DNA of 64,000 nucleotides from contig NC_047026.1 of assembly GCF_902652985.1 (NCBI RefSeq), positions 20,398,001 through 20,462,000 of the forward strand, read 5' to 3'. The notes beneath the pieces are model-generated. The model did not search any database. It was given only the letters and a program-made list of their open reading frames with translations, and was not told the DNA's origin. The position numbers and the translations under genes are program-made. Positions 1 to 13,200 of this stretch are shown here, one piece after another. Position 1 is the first letter of the stretch; the number at the start of each line of letters is the position of its first letter. Source of the stretch: Pecten maximus (lineage: Eukaryota).

Positions 1-1494
1 AGAAGAAAGACATGTTATTTGTTAATAGGGTTTTAAAAAATCTAAGGTTCAACCAAATTTGAGGATTTTAATTTTTTTTGTTATAAGCAGAAATTCATTG
101 TCAAGCCTGTTCATCTTAAAGTTTAACTATATTTTCAAATTAATATTTTAAAACACTGTTCACTAATATGTGTCATTAGTACAATCATCTATATCACCTG
201 CCACTCACACCAACACACACACACCTGCAGTTTCTCCATACAATGGCACTTATGCTTTACACTATGGAGCCCAAAAATCTTGGCTAAAAATAACTCTGAT
301 ACATTTATAAAATTCTTCAATAAATTAAGCGAAAAAAAGTTTGCACCATTTGTAATGGGTTAATAAAAAAATATAAATGTCAAGTTTTATGACCAATTTA
401 TTAAGCAAATTTCATCCTTTGCTTTGCTCTTTAATTTTATTGATAATAAACATGTTTAGTTTAAAAACATATACATCATTGTTTTATAGTGTTGTTTAGA
501 TTGAAAATCATGAAGTCTTGACTGTTAACTTTGTTTCAGTATAAATACTGTTTCTGGGTATATGCTTATTGCAGATTTGTCACTAATAATGAGTTATTTC
601 TTTATATACAAAACCAAATGTCTTAGAAATGATTGTACCCAGGAACAGGTATCATGCACACGACCAAGTGCTAAGATCGTCTGCCTCGTCCTGTCTGTCT
701 GTCACCTTCGTCACGCACCATCTGGTGCTCAGTGCTGTAATAATATCAGCTGTCTTTCTTAGGTGTAACGTGCAAGGGAGATTACTCAGTTGATTCCTCG
801 AATAATCAGCCTGTTATTAAGCCAATTCCCCTTGTTATATTTTTGCATAGGTCATAGTGTAATAACCCTGAGGCATTTTTCATTGACCTAACTAGTCAGA
901 AATTGATTGTGATGTCATAATATGGAAATGACGTGAATATGCCAACCACATTTTGACTATAAAACCTGTTAAAATGAAGGTATTCCAAGTTATGTGATAA
1001 AAATATCTTAGATTTGTTTTTATTTCATAGAATATTTTATATAAACTGTTTCAAAGTTTTGATTGTTGTCGTGCCAAGACATAATTAATTGTAACTTCAC
1101 AAGACCTGTTTCAGAGAATCTAGTATGGAATGAAAACTCATTCAAGATCATAATTATATACCCAGTATATATTGGACTATTATATTTTGATGAATTTTTC
1201 AAATACCACAGAATATTTGTAATTTTGACTAAAATATATATGAGAAAAAATAATATGTAAGTTTCAAACTAGGGGGAGATTATCTATTATTATAATTTAG
1301 CAATTCTTTACAAAAAAACTTAGGGGCTGAAGGCCAGTCTAGATACAAGATGATTTATTTTATGTTGTATGTGTACAAAAAACATTAATCTGTATAGCAA
1401 TCTTGAACACAAACAGGTTTAAAACAACAAATAAAATATTATATGAAATATAACAGCATGACATATCAAAGTATTAATTTTAAAAAATATTCAG

Positions 1495-1600
1495 TCTAAC
1501 ACATAGCACAGCTATTATAGCAAGGTCACAAAGCAGGGTGTCAAAACTCTAACACATAGCACAGCTATTATAGCAAGGTCACAAAGCAGGGTGTCAAAAC
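1495..1600 (+). repeat. ~53-bp tandem duplication
   Basis: TCTAACACATAGCACAGCTATTATAGCAAGGTCACAAAGCAGGGTGTCAAAAC occurs twice in tandem. Confidence 0.9.
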
Positions 1601-1734
1601 AAAATCACAGCATGCATATGTCTGACAACAAATAGACACCAAAGAAGCAAAATGATATAATGAATTATATAAATGTTCATGTATGTGTTCAAAATCTATA
1701 TATACCATATTCAGGTATTGTCTGATGGCTTATT

Positions 1735-2290
1735 TGTGTGACTATTCACATCCAGGTAATGTTATGTCACACTGTCTGTGTGACTAATCACATCCAGGTA
1801 ATGTTATGTCACACTGTCTGTGTGACTAATCACATCCAGGTAATGTTATGTCACACTGTCTGTGACTAATCACATCCAGGTTATGTTATGTCACACTGTC
1901 TGTGTGACTAATCACATCCAGGTTATGTTATGTCACACTGTCTGTGTGACTAATCACATCCAGGTAATGTTATGTCACACTGTCTGTGTGACTAATCACA
2001 TCCAGGTAATATTATGTCACACTGTCTGTGTGACTAATCACATCCAGGTAATGTTATGTCACACTGTCTGTGACTAATCACATCCAGGTAATGTTATGTC
2101 ACAATGTCTGTGTGACTAATTACATCCAGGTAATGTTATGTCACACTGTCTGTGTGACTAATCACATCCAGGTAATGTTATGTCACGCTGTCTGTGACTA
2201 ATCACATGCAAGTAATGTTATGTCACACTGTCTGTGTGACTAATCACATCCAGGTAATGTTATGTCACACTGTGTGACTAATCACATCCA
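1735..2290 (+). repeat. 42-bp minisatellite, ~13 copies
   Basis: Unit CACATCCAGGTAATGTTATGTCACACTGTCTGTGTGACTAAT. Confidence 0.95.
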
Positions 2291-2327
2291 CCCTATATCC
2301 AGCATTCTGATCTGGCAGCCCCACATC

Positions 2328-3075
2328 ATGACAAACTTATACGTCATTACATACCCGATAACCCGCGAGCAAACTAGTACGTCATTACATACCCGATAAC
2401 CCACGACAAACTTATACTTCATTACATACCCGATAACCCACGACAAACTTATACTTCATTACATACCCGATAACCCACGACAAACTTATATGTCATTACA
2501 TACCCGATAACCTGCGGACAAACTAGTATGTCATTACATACCCGATAACCCACGACAAACTTATACTTCATTACATACCCGATAACCCACGACAAACTAG
2601 TACGTCATTACATACCCGATAACCTGCGGACAAACTAGTACGTCATTACATACCCGATAACCTGCGGACAAACTAGTACGTCATTACATACCCGATAACC
2701 CACAACAAACTTATACTTCATTACATACCCGATAACCCACGACAAACTAATATGTCATTATATACCCGGATAACCCGCGAGCAAACTAGTACATCATTAC
2801 ATACCCGATAACCCGCGAGCAAACTAGTACGTCATTACATACCTGATAAGCCGCAACAAACGTTTACGTCATTACATACACGATAACCTGCGACAAACTT
2901 ATACGTCATTACATACCCGGTAACCTGCTGGAAAATTTGTATGTTATTACATACCCGATAACCTGCGACAAACTTATATGTCATTACATACCCGATAACC
3001 CTGCGGGCAAACTTGTACGTCATTACATATACCCGATAACCTGCTGGAAAACTTGTATGTTATATATACCTGAAA
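2328..3075 (+). repeat. 38-39-bp minisatellite, ~19 copies
   Basis: Unit ~CGACAAACTTATACGTCATTACATACCCGATAACCCA; degenerates toward the right end. Confidence 0.95.
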
Positions 3076-4258
3076 ACCAGTGGGCAATACACCAGAGCAG
3101 GCTATCTACAGACTTGAAATGATAATACTAATCTATCAGAGTGGGCAATACACAGGAAATACAATACATCTGACTTCAGTTTCTTCATTATAAGCAACTT
3201 CTTGATAACTTTGAGGACTAGCATCACAACATGTGGACTTTTCTGTGTTTTTTTATGACCCTAGCTCATTATCAGGAATATAGGACAGGTTTAATTAAGT
3301 CAAATTGTTAATTCACAATTGAAAATGTTCAAGAGAACATTAAAGGCTGATGTCACAAAAGTTTGCATGTAGCTTATTGAAATGAAAGACTAGAAATGTT
3401 AGTTTTGTTCACATAATTATGTGACCTTATTCCACTGATAAAGACAGATTGTGATTATTGTCTAGATTCAAAATTTTCATCGTGGTGCAGTTATCTTTGC
3501 CGTGCTTTGCCTGGGGTGAAGGGCATCAGACCTTGACCTTCTTTTAAGGTCATAGAGGTCAAGTACAGACTGCTGAACACTTCAGATTACTGCTATGATG
3601 CTATGAAACTACATTTTATGTGAAAAAATCCTCATGTCACCATTACCTCTTTATATTAATGTATTAAATTATTTTATAGTATTAAGGTAGCAGGCTTTTT
3701 GGCTTTTCTAGTAGAATCAGAATTGAAGCAAATTTTGCATGACAGAAAACAGCTTACATTTGAAATGAGCAGCATTTAATTGTGTTATGACAAGTAATAT
3801 TATATATATAATAAAATGTTTTGACAGTAGAGAATATAAATGATATCAGAGGAAAAGAACATGGTTATATCATTTAAATGTAAGGATTGAAGTCCTTGTA
3901 CTGATGTGACGACTCTGAATCTATATTGACATTCCTGGCGGTTTCCAGTAGAGATCTTTTAACTCTTGTAGAATGTTCAACATTTGTTATGGGTGTGACA
4001 TCAGGATATTTTGAACACCAACCAGGAAGCTGAATTTATAATAATATATTTTTCCACAACACATCTTTTTTTTTTGTACTATTAATATTGATTAATATTT
4101 TATTGGTCATACCTCAGTATTTACCCAAAATGTTTTTACCATACAATATGTAATAATAGATGAAAAATATACTAATTCAATAGTCTGAAGATGTACTGAT
4201 TTTCGTTAGAATGACATTTTGTTTGTTATTGATGATCATGATTTTGATGTTTTACCAG

Positions 4259-7200
4259 AAATCTGGCGTCCTGATCCGCGGTGAACAGATGTATGATATG
4301 ACAGATGTATGGTCCAAAATACAAGCTGTGGTAAGTCTTATCAATGGACAACTTTAACTTAGTACTCTTCTAATGATGGGGCCATTAGATTGAATGTTGA
4401 AATTTCAACAAAACCAGTACATGTACAAGAAAATATAGAAAGGAATTCAATTAAAACTCCTATTAAGAAAGAGTGCCAGTACTGATTGGCATTGTGGAAA
4501 TATTACTGCTTTTGCTTTTTAGAAAAGATTGGTTAAAAATAGAATAAGTATGAAGCTTATAAATGTAGAAACAACTCTTGTGTATTCTTTTTAGATAGAA
4601 TGATGGATGTTTGGCTTGGCCTGATTTAATTTTTCTTATGTTGTAATATAAAATCCTTATTTAAGATTTCAAATTCCCTGATTTAATACATAAGATTTAT
4701 GTTATTATGAATGTTCCCTTAATAAGGAGATCCTAAGTTAAGGAAACTCTGGTAAATTTACAGATTGAGTTACTGCTCCGTGAATACCTTGATGTACAGA
4801 ACACCGCTGCTTCACGACAACGCGCCCCCAGCAGCTTTGATGAACCAAGTACTGATATCAGCCAATACTTCTCAAAGAAACGACCAAACAAACCTAAAAA
4901 GGTGTTTTTAAATCATCATCACTCATTAATTATACCAAGAAAAATTGTTATGTCTCGTTTTCAATAATGTGTAGATATTTGTAGATTTTAAATTTAAACT
5001 TTACTTTCTTCAAATTTAATTTAATAATTTCATTTTTACTCAAATGTAAATCAGATGCTTTATTTTGCTGAAATGCTTTATTTAAATTGACTAGATTCAG
5101 ACAACATAATTTTGTTCTTACTGGTAAGCTGTCAGTGAAATAACATTGTCAACATATATTTGTTTTGAAATGTATTTGAAAATGATGCCCCTTTTTCTCG
5201 TTTTTATTACAAAAATATAAAAATATATTTTAGCCAGCCTTGTTTCGCTTTGATGCATCCATCCATGCGATGAGCACCAACAGTTATGTTGAGGATAGTC
5301 GAGCCTTTGATACAGTAAGTATTTCAATTTGTACATTTGCAAAAATATTCAAAGTCAAAATATTCTTATATAATAATATATTTCTCAAAAATTGCTTTTT
5401 GTAGATTTAAATTCCTATCTTGGTAATGATCTACCGGTATTTGATTTTTGGGCCAATATGATTTTACTTTTAACCTTAAAAGTGATTTACTGTAACATAT
5501 TTTCTGAAATGTGATTGTTGAAGAGAATATAATCATATTTTACATTATTTTAACATGTGATTGGGGGTGCTGTATTTGGTTTGAGCCAATATCTATACTA
5601 TACATGTAAATTTAGGTAGTTATGAAATGTAAAAAGTTTTGTACCTGGTAGTATAAACACTTTACTCCATTTTATGAATTTTGACTTCACAACACCTCCT
5701 GATCAAGATGAAAACTGAAACAATATTAATTCACTTAAAAACAAAATGTACATGGCTTAGATAAAAAGGATCGCTATGACTTACTCATAATTCAAACAGC
5801 AATTACTGGATTCTTTAAATACAGCATCGTCTTGTATACAATGAATTAATGATTTTTTCAAGCTCATTTAGAGACTGTGAAATTATTTTAAAACTATTTG
5901 TTGTTTGACTGTTGTAGAGTGACATGTTTAATGCCAGCATGTTAGCGGAGATGGGGCTGGATAAGCACCAGATGGTGTGTAAGCCAAGCGTCTACAACAT
6001 CACAGGTATCATATCACCAGTACTGGTATACACCTATATGTTGTTTAAGAACACAACACATTTATTCTCAAATAACATCCTTCTTTTGTTCGAAATTTTT
6101 TGTTCTGAAGTTTGAGGAGGGCTTATTTTAAGATATTTGTTAACCTTATTTTGGTTGTTTTAAAATTGAATGTTCTGTAAAATTTGATAAAGAGCTTATT
6201 TATGAGTAAATACGGTATGTCAAAAATTGTTGTTACCAATATTAATGAGTTATTGAGTATTTTTTGTACAATTTATAATAAGTAATGTGAACAAAAAATA
6301 TGTTAGCGGTAATCATATTTTAGCATAATCATATTTTAGAGCTTTTCGCAGTAGAAGGTCTGTGTTAAATTATGATTGCACTAATTGGACTTTCTATATA
6401 CTGTTGCTTTTTTGCATCAGTATACTGGCTATAATCTGTTAAAATTCGGAAATGCACTAAAATTTGAGTGCACCAAATAATGTATGTTTACAGTATCACA
6501 AATGACATTTCTATCTTGAATTTCTATATCCCAGTAGATAAGTTATAAAGATCTGTTCTTGCTCATTAGGATTAACATATTTATTAAATATATTACGGTA
6601 AAATTAATGTTGAAAACACTACTTGCAATACATTTACGGTATTCATACTTTACTACTGTGTTGCAGCCATCTTCAAGCCATTACAAGATTTCATCAGGGA
6701 GGTAGAAGATGCTATTGCATGTATGGATGGGTCCTCAAGTCTTCAGGCCTTCGTCACAGACTTTGTCCAGGATATCTTCCTCGGCCAGGTCCACTACTCC
6801 ATCAAGAACAGCATTGAAGCTGCCACCATAGGTAACCTACCACAAATCTAGCTTTTATCATATCCTAAAAACAATAGATGTTCCATAAATTACTTATAGC
6901 AGTATTGTTGGTTGATATGACTTATAAATGACACCATATGGTGTACAAATAATGTAAGATTTAGTCAAGTTTTATAGGAATGGATTGACATTATATCGCT
7001 TCTTAATTAAAAAAAAAAAGAAACATTTTTACTGAACCTGTCTATAAAGGCCATTCAAGGGACCTGAGAAAAGTGGTCTTTATATAAAGGTTCTTAATGA
7101 GACAAGTTACCCTTATAGCCAGTTTGACTCGGAGTACATGTATTTATTACCGGTAAATTTAGAAGAATTGCCTTAACAGAAATTCTTTTAATGGATGATG

Positions 7201-10200
7201 GAAATTGATGTATGGAATCTGATGTATTGTCAACATATATTCATTTTACACCTCAATATAGCACTTAAATTATAGTAGTTACCTTATATATACATCAGTA
7301 AGCCCATGTCTGGTAATAAACTGGCCCATTTTTATTGCAATTAAGTGAAAATGCCAACAACTTCAGTTTAATTGTCCTGTAATAAGCCTGCCCCTGTTAA
7401 GGTTTATGTGTTGGCCCCCTGGGCTTATTACAGGATAAATACGGAAGTTGAATATCATTATTATCAGAATTAGTACCTAGTTGTGTATAATGGATGTTTC
7501 TGTGTAATGGTCATTTGTCCTGTTTTGTGGTCATTCTGCTGCTGCAGTGGACGAGGAAGAACAGTGTAAGTCAGCATGTTTCTGGCGGTCAGTTTGGCCA
7601 GATATTTACAGTGGTCAGCTTCGTACATCACCTAAACTTTTATTTTCCTTATTTCTCGATTTTATTGTACTCCGCTTGTTATTCGTTTGTCATGAGGTTA
7701 ATATTATTTTTGTTCCATCCATATGGTCATATTCTTACTTTATAAATTTTCAAACAAATTGCTTAATCAGCTCTGATTTTATTATGAATATTGATCAAAG
7801 TGTCATATGTGAAGGGTTTAAGATATTGCCATCAATTCTTGAAAATTTTGATTGAAGTATTGTAATTATGTTCAAAATGACATCAGAAGGATTTCTGCAA
7901 ATTATCTTTATATATCTAGATTGAGTATGTATGTTCACATTTTATTCAGATTTCTAAGTTTAATGCCTTCTTAAATATTTCAAGAAGTTTCATGAGAGAT
8001 TCTGGTAGTAATGGACTTATTATACTGTATATGTGAAAATAAATATATTCAACACAGATATTTCAATATTCTGGAAAAAAAACAACAATATTAAATTGCA
8101 GTCAGAATATTTTGTGATTAGAATCATTAAGTGTACAAACTTATTCGCTTTTCTGTTGAATTGGTCTCTAAAATTATATGTAAATGGATTTTGACAGAAC
8201 TCAGATAATCATGATGGCTATATGTCATATATAAGATCAAGCTCATAGAAGCAACCGTATATTAATGTTATAGCTAGAATAAAGAATGCCTGTATGACTG
8301 ACCAGCATCAGAAGTGAGAGACAATATGTCCAGTAATTTTTTCCTCAAAGTTGGACCTGTTATATGGACTTGATTTTGAGGTTCTCCGTACTCATCATTA
8401 ATGTCTACTTGTTTTGTCTGCTGTGTGTCCTACTTGATTTTGTGCTGCCTGTTGTGTGTTGTCTTTACCTGAAAACTTAGTTTGTAGTGACTTTTATACC
8501 CTCACCATTTTATGGAGGGGGTATATAGTGTTACCCTTGTGTGTCTGTCCTGTCGTGTACCGTTGTGTCTGATCCTGTTCCAAATTGTGTCTGATCCTGT
8601 TCCAAATCATGTCCCATCCTGTTCCAACTCAATGACATACAATTTCTGGCGAAATCTTTGGTTCTTATTACACCGTAACAGTATTATGACATAATCCTCT
8701 ACACCTTATCACCAATCTGGTGGTCATTGGTCAACATTGAATGGTCAAAGGTGACGGTGAGACTCCTTTGACCCCTTCGACATGTAATGCATTACTCTGG
8801 ATCATTGTTATATCTTAAGAATCCCTCTACAGATTTTAATCATGTTTACATCATAGTATCATAACATCAATTTCTGCAACTGGTCATGTTCTGGTGGAAA
8901 TCAGCTAAGGTCAAAAGGACAAAGGTCATTGACAGGACGATTCAGTGGCTCAGTGATACTAATATGCCTGAGCATAAACTCCAATTTCCACCTAAGAGAT
9001 TTTTTTTTTTAATATTGGTTTACATGATATTTATGTGGCATTAATAACTTGAAGATATTTTCCAATTGGTTTTTGAAATCCAAAGTCATGTCAATGAAAT
9101 TATTTAATTAGTTTGCAGCAATTAATTAAAACGCCATTTCTAGTCGTGTATGTATAAAAAAAATTATTGAAGTGATCAATTTCTGACAATTTCTCTTCCC
9201 ACAACATGATAAAAAGTGAAACAACTAGTATAACTGTAGTTGCTAACATACTATTTTTCCAACTGCATGTTTTTGTTCATGTGCCTAAATAAACATATCA
9301 CAAAATTAAAACATTAAAAAGATTCACCTTTTCTCACCCAAAATGTCAGATTTTTCATGGTTGTATGTAATGATGATATCTGTCTGTACCTACATAATGT
9401 ATGTACCTTATTACATACTCGATCAGTAACTACAATTATATAGATAGCATGAAACAGTTTCTTTATTTCTATCTCATTTATTCCTTATTTTCAAACTAAA
9501 ACCATCCATGAATTAGTTCATTATGTTAATAGGATGTCAAATTATACAAAATAAAATTCATTTAAACTGAATTAAGATTATTTTGTAAAATATTGAATGA
9601 CTAGTACTTCCCAGAAATGCAGTATCAGAATGTTATTTTACTCCTACTGACCAAATGAATGACAAAAAATCTATTTCAGGTTTATGCAATCTTTTGACCC
9701 TATGCTGTGTCTGTGTTTTGTTTGTTTATATTTTAGACTTTAAACTTAAATGCACATTGGTTGTTTTTTTTCTGAGTATTGTAATTATTTTCTCACACTC
9801 TGCTACTTTTCTGATGACTGTTAGCTCCTTATTTATGATATGGAGTATTTAGTTTACCAGTATATCATGGTGGACCACAGTTACTGAGTTGGTGTAGCAA
9901 AGAGCGAACACAACCTCATGTGAAAAAATAAGATGTGTGGTTTGAAACCTAATTCCTGGGAGGTTCGTGTTTCTCAGGAAGCTGAGATCAAGAACCATTC
10001 TGTGCTGTCATAATTGTGTCCATTAGAGAATATTTTTACTCATATTTCTCTGGATGCACCATGTATGTTGTCCAGTGAGGTAGCCACCAGCTACTACAAG
10101 GAATCCCTGCAAAAATTATGTTGCCATCATTTACATCCTTAATATGATCTGGCCTTTAAGTTGGTGTATGATTTTAAAGTAGCTGGACAGGATCTTCTTA

Positions 10201-13200
10201 TCATAGGTTAAAACTACCATGATTGTTTCAGTCAATAGAAATCGTTCATCATTACCTAAGGCATCCTCATATTGAGGTCAAATGTGATCTTCACACGTAA
10301 ATGTTCACTGGTAAAACTGTAAGCTAGGTCATCAGGGTTCTCATGCAGAGATCATAACTGTTACCTATAAATAGAAAGGTTTTTGTCATTTTCCTCTCAT
10401 CGTATTCTGTCAGAATTTTGAAGAAAAAAAAAAAGAAAAAAAAGAAAAAAAAACCTCCACATGTACTTCAATGTCAGATATTGTACAAAGATTGTGCGGA
10501 GTACATGCATATGCACAGTGTACTATTATATCATATACAATTAAGATCACATCTTTCAGGATCAAAAATCCAAGTCATTGTTACTATAAACAGTAAATTA
10601 TTTTCACTGTCCTCAAATTCCCTATATGTCGCAAATTCAGAAATGTGTTAAATATTTAAAATACCTGGAGCATGTTTTGTGTTTCAAGATCTAAAGTTTA
10701 GGTCACTCGCACTGTACGTTAGAGTATAAGTAGACAGTTGTCATCTCATTTGTCTTAACCCTCCACATTTTGATAAGTCTGTGAAAAACGGAATATGGGC
10801 ATGTAGCACTTAACTCTAATGGTTCCTTAAACATGTGTCCTTACCTGGATTTTGAGTTGACATCAAAAAATAAAAGTCTCTTTTACAATTTAGATTAAAA
10901 AAAATATAGTTTGTTCATATGCTCTTATACATAGTGAGAGAGAAATGTCTAATTTCAATTGACAGTGCATAGGAAATTTTAGTTTCTTAATGTTTTAATT
11001 TGAAAATAATTTTTTAAAGTCCATATATATACTCATGATAATGAAATTATATAAGAAGCTTCTTACAGTTTCTGTATTTGGAAGGATAACATCATGTTAT
11101 ATATTTACGTTTTTTGTTTTCATTACAGGTTTTGATTCTCTACGACATGTTGTTGATCACAAGACACAGAGAGACCTGGGTGTTTCTCGCCCCCTACTTA
11201 CAGTGAGTTGTCTCCCTTCCTTAACAGATTTTTAAATAGATATTTCAGTAGAAAAAATGACATCCAAGTTATGTTGTATCAATTTCAGTACCATCATATT
11301 TATGTCAAGTAGATCAATACACTTTGTAATTGTCTCCCTTAATTAGCCAATGAATGTCCCTACCAACAGTTTCTCTCAGTCCGTCCTCTCAGTTTTCCAC
11401 ACTTTTCTCAGCCATGCTTCAAGGATGCTGGTAAAAAATGATATGTAGCTTTAGTATAAGTAGCTACAGATCAATTTAAAGTTTAAGGGTTTTTGGGTCA
11501 AGGTCAAGGTCACTGTTACTATTTTCAGCTGGGGCTGGTAGGGAACATGCATTGCTTTGGTAATACCCAGCATGCTTGTTCATCTCATATTCATTCATTC
11601 CTGATCCATGGTGCTTTACAGTCAGCCTTTTATTTAGGAGTAATATAAACCTTTTCTTAATTATTTGTATTACAGAGTACAGTAATTGTTGATAAGAACA
11701 TACAGGACTTGCAGGAGTTGATGCAAGATCTGCCAACATATGCTGACCAGTTTCTCAACATGATCTGTAATATTCTAAAGGACTACAGAGACACTTGTCA
11801 CACAGCATACAGGGGTAAGTCACAGAGACACCTGTCATACAGGGGTAAGTCACAGTGACACCTGTCATACAGGGGTAAGTCACAGAGACACCTGTCATAC
11901 AGCATACAGGGGTAAGTCACAGTGACACCTGTCCTACAGCATACAGGGGTAAGTCACAGTGACACCTGTCATACAGCATACAGGGGTAAGTAACAGTGAC
12001 ACCTGTCATACAGCATACAGGGGTAAGTAACAGTGACACCTGTCACACAGCATACAGGGGTAAGTCACAGTGACACCTGTCATACAGCATACAGCGGTAA
12101 GTCACAGTGACACCTGTCACACAGCATACAGGGGTAAGTCACAGTGACACCTGTCATACAGCGGTAAGTCACAGTGACACCTGGCATACAGGGGTAAGTC
12201 ACAGTGACACCTGTCATACAGGGGTAAGTCACAGTGACACCTGTCATACAGGGGTAAGTCACAGTGACACCTATCATACAGCATACAGGGGTAAGTCACA
12301 GTGACACCTGTCATACAGCATACAGGGGTAAGTCACAGTGACACCTATCATACAACATACAGGGGTAAGTCACAGTGACACCTGTCATACACGGGTAAGT
12401 CACAGTGACACCTGTCATACACGGGTAAGTCACAGTGACACCTGTCATAAAACATACAGGGGTAAGTCACAGTGACACCTGTCATACAGGGGTAAGTCAC
12501 AGTGACACCTGTCATACAACATACAGAGGTAAGTCACAGTGACACCTGTCATACAGCATACAGGGGTAAGTCACAGTGACACCTGTCATACAGGGGTAAG
12601 TCACAGTGACACCTATCATAAAACATACAGGGGTAAGTCACAGTGACACCTGTCATACAGCATACAGGGGTAAGTCACAGTGACACCTGTCATACAGGGG
12701 TAAGTCACAGTGACACCTATCATAAAACATACAGGGGTAAGTCACAGTGACACCTGTCATACAGGGGTAAGTCACAGTGACACCTGTCATACAACATACA
12801 GAGGTAAGTCACAGTGACACCTGTCATAAAACATACAGGGGTAAGTCACAGTGACACCTGTCATACAGGGGTAAGTCACAGTGACACCTATCATAAAACA
12901 TACAGGGGTAAGTCACAGTGACACCTGGCATACAGCATACAGGGGTAAGTCACAGTGACACCTGGCATACAGCATACAGGGGTAAGTCACAGTGACACCT
13001 GTCATACAGCGGTAAGTCACAGTGACACCTGTCATACAACATACAGGGGTAAGTCACAGTGACACCTATCATAAAACATACAGGGGTAAGTCACAGTGAC
13101 ACCTGTCATACAGCATACAGGGGTAAGTCACAGAGACACCTGTCATACAGGGGTAAGTCACAGAGACACCTGTCATACAGGGGTAAGTCACAGAGACCTC

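Noticed and set aside
1862-3122. Repetitive ORFs (TNHIQVMLCHTVCV; MTYKFVAGYRVC)
   Set aside because: Products of tandem repeats; no splice-consistent gene model.
1-4258. Upstream EXOC4 coding exon
   Set aside because: No segment with the expected LLELL..F..VA.AH-like sequence was found; it probably lies left of the window.
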